NCBI GenBank assembly: GCA_047947115.1
Contig: CP170459.1
Location: 1,600,001 to 1,664,000 of the forward strand
From: Verrucomicrobiota bacterium
Lineage (GTDB): Bacteria > Verrucomicrobiota > Verrucomicrobiia > Limisphaerales > AAA164-E04
Direction: 5' to 3'
Length of the DNA: 64,000 nt
A program made the translations under genes and the position numbers. Numbering within the stretch: position 1 is the stretch's first letter; each line of letters starts with the position of its first letter. The notes beneath the pieces were generated by a model, which was not told the origin of the DNA, did no database searches, and worked only from the letters and a program-made list of their open reading frames with translations. Shown piece after piece: positions 58,697 to 64,000 of the stretch.

Positions 58697-61600
58697 ATGC
58701 GCATCTTCAGAGAAAAACATTCGTTGAACCGTAATTATTCCGTGTATTTGAGTATGATTCTGCTTTCCATGGGCTTCTGCATTGGTGCAGGTACGCTCTT
58801 CGGGCAGTCTGTCGAAATCTCCGAATGGATGGCTTCGAATGACAATATTCTTATCGATGATGACGATGATCGGTCGGATTGGGTTGAGATCCATAACAAC
58901 AGTTTTACCGCCATTGACTTGAAAGGGTGGGTATTGACGGATGACCCGGAGCATCTGGATGTCTGGGAGTTTCCGTCCATCACCCTTTTTCCCAACGGAT
59001 ACATGGTTGTTTTTGCATCCGGTAAAGACCGCAAATCTCCCGGTGCACCGCTCCATACGCACTTCATTCTGGCTCGAGAGGGGGAATACCTGGCATTGCT
59101 TGACCCCTCCGGACAGGTTGCGACGGAGTTCGCTCCGAAGTATCCGGAGCAATTCAGTGATGTATCCTTTGGCTCCGGTGTCAGCCGGGCGGAGGAATTG
59201 GTGCTTTTGTCCGAACCGGCGCCCGCCCGCGCTCTGATTCCTACAGACGGCAGTTTGGGGACAACTTGGACCCAGGTTGATTTTGATGACAGCTCATGGC
59301 TGGCAGGGCGAACGGGAGTCGGATATGATTATGGCGGGCTTATCAACCTGGATGTAAGCCAGATGCGGGGCGCCAACACGACAGTCTATGCCCGTATTCC
59401 TTTTGACCTGGAGGAAATTCCCGCTCTGGATGCATTGCTGTTGCGCATACGGTATGAAGACGGGTATGTGGCCTATCTGAATGGAACAGAAATCGCCGCA
59501 GATAATGAACCTCCAGGTCTGGATTGGAGTTCGGGGTCCACTTCGGATCGTCCGGACAGCGAAGCGACGCAGGCCGTGGATGTGGATATTTCTTCTGCCA
59601 TAGATCTGTTGGTTGCAGGGAAAAACGTGTTAGCCATTCATGGTTTAAATCGGGCTTCAACCAGTTCCGACATCCTGATCTTGCCTGAAATCATTGGGCA
59701 GAAGAAAACCCAAGACGGTGCTTCGACTGGTTTCATGATGGCTCCATCCCCGGGGATGGCCAACTTTGATTCCGTGAGGGGTGTGGTTCCACCGGTGGAG
59801 TTTTCCGTGCCCAGTCAGGTCTTCGAAGGAAATCTTAACTTGATCCTGGCATTGCCGGAAGGATCGGATGAGGCACTTGAAATACGTTTTACCAGCGATG
59901 GTTCGCGGCCTTCCCCCAGCTCGACGCTTTATGATGCTCCAATATCCATCAGCGAAACGGTGCAGGTGCGGGCCATCGCCGTTTTGCCGGGGATGGGGCA
60001 AAGCATGATTCGTAGCGAGAGTTACATTGAAGTGAGCGGGCAAACACGGGATTTCAGTTCAAACCTACCGATTGTTGTTTTGGAAAACTATCGATCCGGA
60101 CGTCCCCCGCAGAATGCCAAGCAGGCCTCCTTCATGATGTTGTTTGAACCGGGTGAATCACGCTCCGGATTCGGCAAAGCCCCCACGCTGGCGACCCGCA
60201 GCGGCATCAAGGTGCGGGGTTCGAGTACCGCGGGTCGACCGAAACCTTCTCTGAGTCTGGAAGCCTGGAACGAGTATGATCAGAACAAGAACATCGCGCC
60301 CCTTGGCATGCCGTCCGAATCGGATTGGGTGTTGTGGGGGCCGTATAACTTCGACCTGACCTTGATGCATAATCCGTTTATTTACCAACTGAGCAACCAG
60401 ATTGGACGCTATGCGGTGAGGACCCGGTTCGTGGAGGTGTTTCTTAATGTCGATGGGGGGGCTTTGACGAATAACGACTATTATGGTGTGTACGCATTGA
60501 TGGAAAAAATCAGTCGTGACGAAGATCGGGTGGATGTGGAACGCATTTTTCCCGAGCACGACCGTGACCCCGGAGTGAGCGGCGGTTATATCTTTAAGAT
60601 CGATCGACCTGATCCGGGTGATTCGGGTTTTTCGGGAGCCGGGCAAAATGTTCGATATGTTTATCCCAAGGAGGTGGACATCGAGAGACCGGAGCGAGAT
60701 GCGCAAGAGGCATATCTAAGGCAGTTTTTTGGTGGCATGGGAACCGCTCTGGGCAGAACGAGCCTCGCTGATGGGGAGGATGGATACTCCGGCTTCATCG
60801 ATATTGACGCGGCGATTGATCATCATCTGTTGAATGTGTTGGCGTTCAATGTCGATGCCCTGCGTTTAAGCGGGTATTTCCACAAACATCGCAATGGGAA
60901 ATTGGTCTTTGGCCCGATATGGGATTTTGATCGCGCCTTGGGATCCACCGACGGGCGGGACTCCAATCCTCGCGTGTGGCGCAGTGCGAGTGGTGACCGG
61001 GGGACAGACTTTTTCAATTATCCATGGTGGAGTGATATGTTCAGGGATCTGGACTTCTGGCAGCGATATATTGATCGGTATCAGGAACTGCGTCGAGCTG
61101 AATTCGGCGTGGATCACATTCACGGCATCATCGATTCGATGGCGGATGAACTGCGTGAAGCCCAGCCAAGAAATGTGGAACGCTGGGGAACATCTCCCAG
61201 GGGAGGATCCTATCAGAATGAAATCAATCGCATGAAAAACTGGTTGGCGGACCGCATTGATTTCATGGACAGTCAGTTCGTTCAACCCGCGGAAATCACG
61301 ATAACCGGAACGGGGCAAAATCGCCGGGCTACCATGAACCCTGGTGGTGAAGGTGTGATTTATTACACACTGGATGGAACGGATCCCCGATCCATGGGAG
61401 GGAATCCTTCTCCGCAAGCCAGGATCTATGGTGAGCCCATTTCACTGACGGACAGCGCCGTCATCATTGCCCGAGTGCTCCATTCGGGGCATCGAAGCCT
61501 GACCGGCGCCAATAACCCGCCTTTGACGAGCAAGTGGTCCGGCATGACGCAGCAACTGGTTTCACTGGCTGCGCCTGCGGTGCCGGGTGATTTGGTGGTG

Positions 61601-62335
61601 ACCGAAATACATTTTAATCCCTCATCACCCAGTGCGGAAGAGCTGCAGATCGATTCTTCCTTCCGTAATGAGGATTTTGAATTTGTTGAAATACGAAGCC
61701 TCGCGTCGCATGCCATTGAACTTGCCGGGCTTCGTATCATTGACGGGATTCGCTATGCGTTTCCCGTCCATACATCAATGGTGTTGAAGCCCGGATCCTA
61801 CGCTGTCTTGGCCAAAAACCTGAAAGCATTCAGAGTGCGCTATCCTGAAGTTCAAGTGCCTGTTGTGGGGGGGTATGATGGGAACCTGTCCAACGGGGGA
61901 GAATTGCTGGCCATTGAATTTGTGAATAATGGTGGACTTTACGCGCTTGCTTTTGACGACGATTGGTATGCCAAAACCGATGGTGAAGGGTATTCGCTGG
62001 TGCTCAAAGACGAGCGGGTATTGCCGGACATTGGTTCTTCATTGGAAGTTTGGCGCGAGAGCAGCGTCCTGCATGGATCTCCGGGTATGGTTGACCCTGG
62101 ATTGGTTCAACTGCGCATCGCGTCGATTGAAGCCCCCAGTGGTTCGGTCGTCATCGAATGGCCAGGGCAAGCTGGAGTGACTTATGTGGTCGAGTACACC
62201 GATTCCCTAGAGAACCCAGATTGGCGCATGTTGAGATTGGTGCCCCCGTTAGTCGAGAACGGGGATCTTTCCATAACGGATGGTGAACCGGGTAATGATA
62301 CGCGCTTTTACCGGCTCCGGGTTCCGTCCCTTTGA
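58697..62335 (+). CDS. Secreted CotH-family kinase with lamin-tail and Fn3-associated domains and C-terminal FYRL module
   Basis: LTD (ISEWMASN...DWVEIHN; TEIHFNP...EFVEI); RGSS, YGVY.LMEKI, GPIWDFD; YYTLDGTDP. Confidence 0.88.
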   Translation: MRIFREKHSLNRNYSVYLSMILLSMGFCIGAGTLFGQSVEISEWMASNDNILIDDDDDRSDWVEIHNNSFTAIDLKGWVLTDDPEHLDVWEFPSITLFPNGYMVVFASGKDRKSPGAPLHTHFILAREGEYLALLDPSGQVATEFAPKYPEQFSDVSFGSGVSRAEELVLLSEPAPARALIPTDGSLGTTWTQVDFDDSSWLAGRTGVGYDYGGLINLDVSQMRGANTTVYARIPFDLEEIPALDALLLRIRYEDGYVAYLNGTEIAADNEPPGLDWSSGSTSDRPDSEATQAVDVDISSAIDLLVAGKNVLAIHGLNRASTSSDILILPEIIGQKKTQDGASTGFMMAPSPGMANFDSVRGVVPPVEFSVPSQVFEGNLNLILALPEGSDEALEIRFTSDGSRPSPSSTLYDAPISISETVQVRAIAVLPGMGQSMIRSESYIEVSGQTRDFSSNLPIVVLENYRSGRPPQNAKQASFMMLFEPGESRSGFGKAPTLATRSGIKVRGSSTAGRPKPSLSLEAWNEYDQNKNIAPLGMPSESDWVLWGPYNFDLTLMHNPFIYQLSNQIGRYAVRTRFVEVFLNVDGGALTNNDYYGVYALMEKISRDEDRVDVERIFPEHDRDPGVSGGYIFKIDRPDPGDSGFSGAGQNVRYVYPKEVDIERPERDAQEAYLRQFFGGMGTALGRTSLADGEDGYSGFIDIDAAIDHHLLNVLAFNVDALRLSGYFHKHRNGKLVFGPIWDFDRALGSTDGRDSNPRVWRSASGDRGTDFFNYPWWSDMFRDLDFWQRYIDRYQELRRAEFGVDHIHGIIDSMADELREAQPRNVERWGTSPRGGSYQNEINRMKNWLADRIDFMDSQFVQPAEITITGTGQNRRATMNPGGEGVIYYTLDGTDPRSMGGNPSPQARIYGEPISLTDSAVIIARVLHSGHRSLTGANNPPLTSKWSGMTQQLVSLAAPAVPGDLVVTEIHFNPSSPSAEELQIDSSFRNEDFEFVEIRSLASHAIELAGLRIIDGIRYAFPVHTSMVLKPGSYAVLAKNLKAFRVRYPEVQVPVVGGYDGNLSNGGELLAIEFVNNGGLYALAFDDDWYAKTDGEGYSLVLKDERVLPDIGSSLEVWRESSVLHGSPGMVDPGLVQLRIASIEAPSGSVVIEWPGQAGVTYVVEYTDSLENPDWRMLRLVPPLVENGDLSITDGEPGNDTRFYRLRVPSL

Positions 62336-62372
62336 AGCCGTTTGCCAGATGGGTGACCCTTCAGGGGCGTGG

Positions 62373-62579
62373 TTATTTCCTGCCGGACCTGACATTCATG
62401 GAAAGGATGCTGGCGCCATGCGTCACCAATCCTGATCCGCCCACGATGATCCGCTTGCAGGGGAGGCCTGTTTCCGGATCGTGGGTCAGCGCGTCTTCGC
62501 TCATTTTTTGTTCTATTTCAAACCGCCTTGGCTTTTGCCCTTTCTTTTGCGGAATGGTTTCGTAAACATAAATCGCCAT
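62373..62579 (-). CDS. FmdB-family small protein lacking most Zn-ribbon cysteines
   Basis: MAIYVYE...FEIEQKMSEDALTHDPETG.PCKRII matches the FmdB pattern. Confidence 0.65.
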   Translation of the reverse strand: MAIYVYETIPQKKGQKPRRFEIEQKMSEDALTHDPETGLPCKRIIVGGSGLVTHGASILSMNVRSGRK

Positions 62580-62695
62580 ATGAGTATCAATCGTTTGAAT
62601 GTCTTCCTTTTTTCATTCCAACAGGAGGTTGGAATGTCAAGGCTGTAACCTGCAGGTATTTCTTGGTCGTGGTTGAATTAATCCTTAAATGCCTC

Positions 62696-63799
62696 ATGAG
62701 ATCCTGCTCCGGCATGCTTCTTCATGCGTCTGGTAAGCGCGTCCGAGAGGTGTCGCTCTGGGTGCTGATGGGATGTCTGGCCGGAGTCTCAAGCGGATGT
62801 CGATCCGTTGCTTACTATCATCAGGCCGCCCTTGGGCAATGGCACATCGAACGTTCCAAAGAGTCTATCCATCAGCTTTTGGGCGACCCGGAAACACCTG
62901 AAGAACTGAAAGCCAAGTTCCGTTTGATTCGAGAATTGCGTCAATTTGCCTATTGGTCGCTCAAGCTGCCCTCCGAGCACGCATACGACTCATACGTGGC
63001 CCTTCATCGGGATTATGTGGTATGGAATGTAACGGCATGTCCTGAATATTCCATGGAACCCCGGCGATGGTGGTATCCTTTTTTGGGCAGATTGAAGTAT
63101 CGAGGGTATTTTGACCCGGATGATGCGCATGCTTATGCGCGTGAATTGAAAACCGATGGTCAGGATGTGACCGTTGAGGGGGTGGTGGCTTATTCGACCC
63201 TCGGGTGGTTTAATGATCCCGTTTTTGACACTTACCTGGATTGGAAGGATGTGGCGATTGCCGAATTGTTGTTTCACGAGCTTTCGCATCAAAAGGTGTT
63301 CCTCTCCGGGGAAACCGATTGGAATGAGGCTTTTGCCGTGGTGACCGCCCGCGCCGGTGTGCGTGCATGGCTGAGCACCCAGTCCCGATGGGATGATTTG
63401 CGAGAGTATGAGGAAGATATCGATCTGGAGGATTTGTTCATCGGCATGATTCTGGAGACCAAGGCGGATCTGGAATCATTATATGCCTTCTTTCAATTGC
63501 CCGATGCGGCGGGTTTGACCGATGTGGAAAAGGCTCGGCAGAAACAGGCCGTGTATGATGGTTTTCGTGAGCGCTTCGCGCAGGCCCAATCAAAGCATGA
63601 AAGATTGAATGCTTATGCGGCCTGGGTGGGTCAACCCTTGAATAATGCCAGGCTCAGTGCAGTGGATACCTACTATCAGTGGGTTCCCATGTTCGAAAAA
63701 ATGCTGGCCGATGCCGAGGGTGATTGGGAGGCTTATTACGGGTCTGTCAAATCATTGGACGACGCTGGGTCACGGCCTGGGCTGGCGGATGATTTATGA
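62696..63799 (+). CDS. Putative zinc aminopeptidase lipoprotein (DUF2265-like)
   Basis: Lipobox VSSGC, YRGYF, AYSTLGWFNDP, HELSH, LNNARL. Confidence 0.85.
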   Translation: MRSCSGMLLHASGKRVREVSLWVLMGCLAGVSSGCRSVAYYHQAALGQWHIERSKESIHQLLGDPETPEELKAKFRLIRELRQFAYWSLKLPSEHAYDSYVALHRDYVVWNVTACPEYSMEPRRWWYPFLGRLKYRGYFDPDDAHAYARELKTDGQDVTVEGVVAYSTLGWFNDPVFDTYLDWKDVAIAELLFHELSHQKVFLSGETDWNEAFAVVTARAGVRAWLSTQSRWDDLREYEEDIDLEDLFIGMILETKADLESLYAFFQLPDAAGLTDVEKARQKQAVYDGFRERFAQAQSKHERLNAYAAWVGQPLNNARLSAVDTYYQWVPMFEKMLADAEGDWEAYYGSVKSLDDAGSRPGLADDL

Positions 63800-64000
63800 A
63801 AAGAACTCCTTCCATGCGTCAATTGATACACGAGGCGGGTGAACGTCTGGCCGAAAAGGGGGTTGAATCCCCTGAATTAAACGCTCGTCTGTTGCTGGCC
63901 CACGTTCTGGGTGTGATGGAGTGGAAATTGAGTGTTTATCGTTCACCGGTAACAAGCGACCAGGTGAGCCGGTTTCAAGCCCTGGTGGATCGACGTGCCC
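63796..64000 (+). CDS. prmC: Release factor glutamine methyltransferase (partial)
   Basis: ATGA overlap at 63796; L..KGVESPELNARLLLAHVLG...F..LV.RRA is the PrmC N-terminal domain. Confidence 0.75.
   Translation, partial: MKRTPSMRQLIHEAGERLAEKGVESPELNARLLLAHVLGVMEWKLSVYRSPVTSDQVSRFQALVDRRA

Overview
A 64 kb bacterial chromosome segment whose gene content (LpxC-FabZ fusion, prepilin/H-X9-DG proteins, CotH-LTD proteins, PVC-type cytochrome c module) points to Verrucomicrobiota/PVC; this assignment is an inference. Housekeeping genes: surE, carA, rpsO-pnp, lpxC/fabZ-lpxA, tex, tgt, mutT, purK, moeA, ubiE/menG, fdhD, partial prmC and tRNA-Val(TAC). Main observations: (1) a hidden orphan selenoprotein, split into two ORFs by the ORF caller, with an in-frame UGA in a U-P-M-C motif followed by a SECIS-like hairpin; (2) a cobalamin riboswitch with attenuator upstream of a putative B12-binding surface protein that overlaps a type IV pilin-like H-X9-DG gene, with no btuB next to it; (3) a shared '..W..FYR[V/L]' module on three unrelated secreted proteins, a candidate sorting or anchoring domain; (4) a lipoprotein PPP phosphatase with eukaryote-like PP1/PP2A motifs; (5) two 123-bp-period GTAG-REP mosaic arrays; (6) a head-to-head junction of two 5'-truncated glycan-modification genes; and several pseudogenes. 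All calls come from motif reading by eye; no database searches were run.
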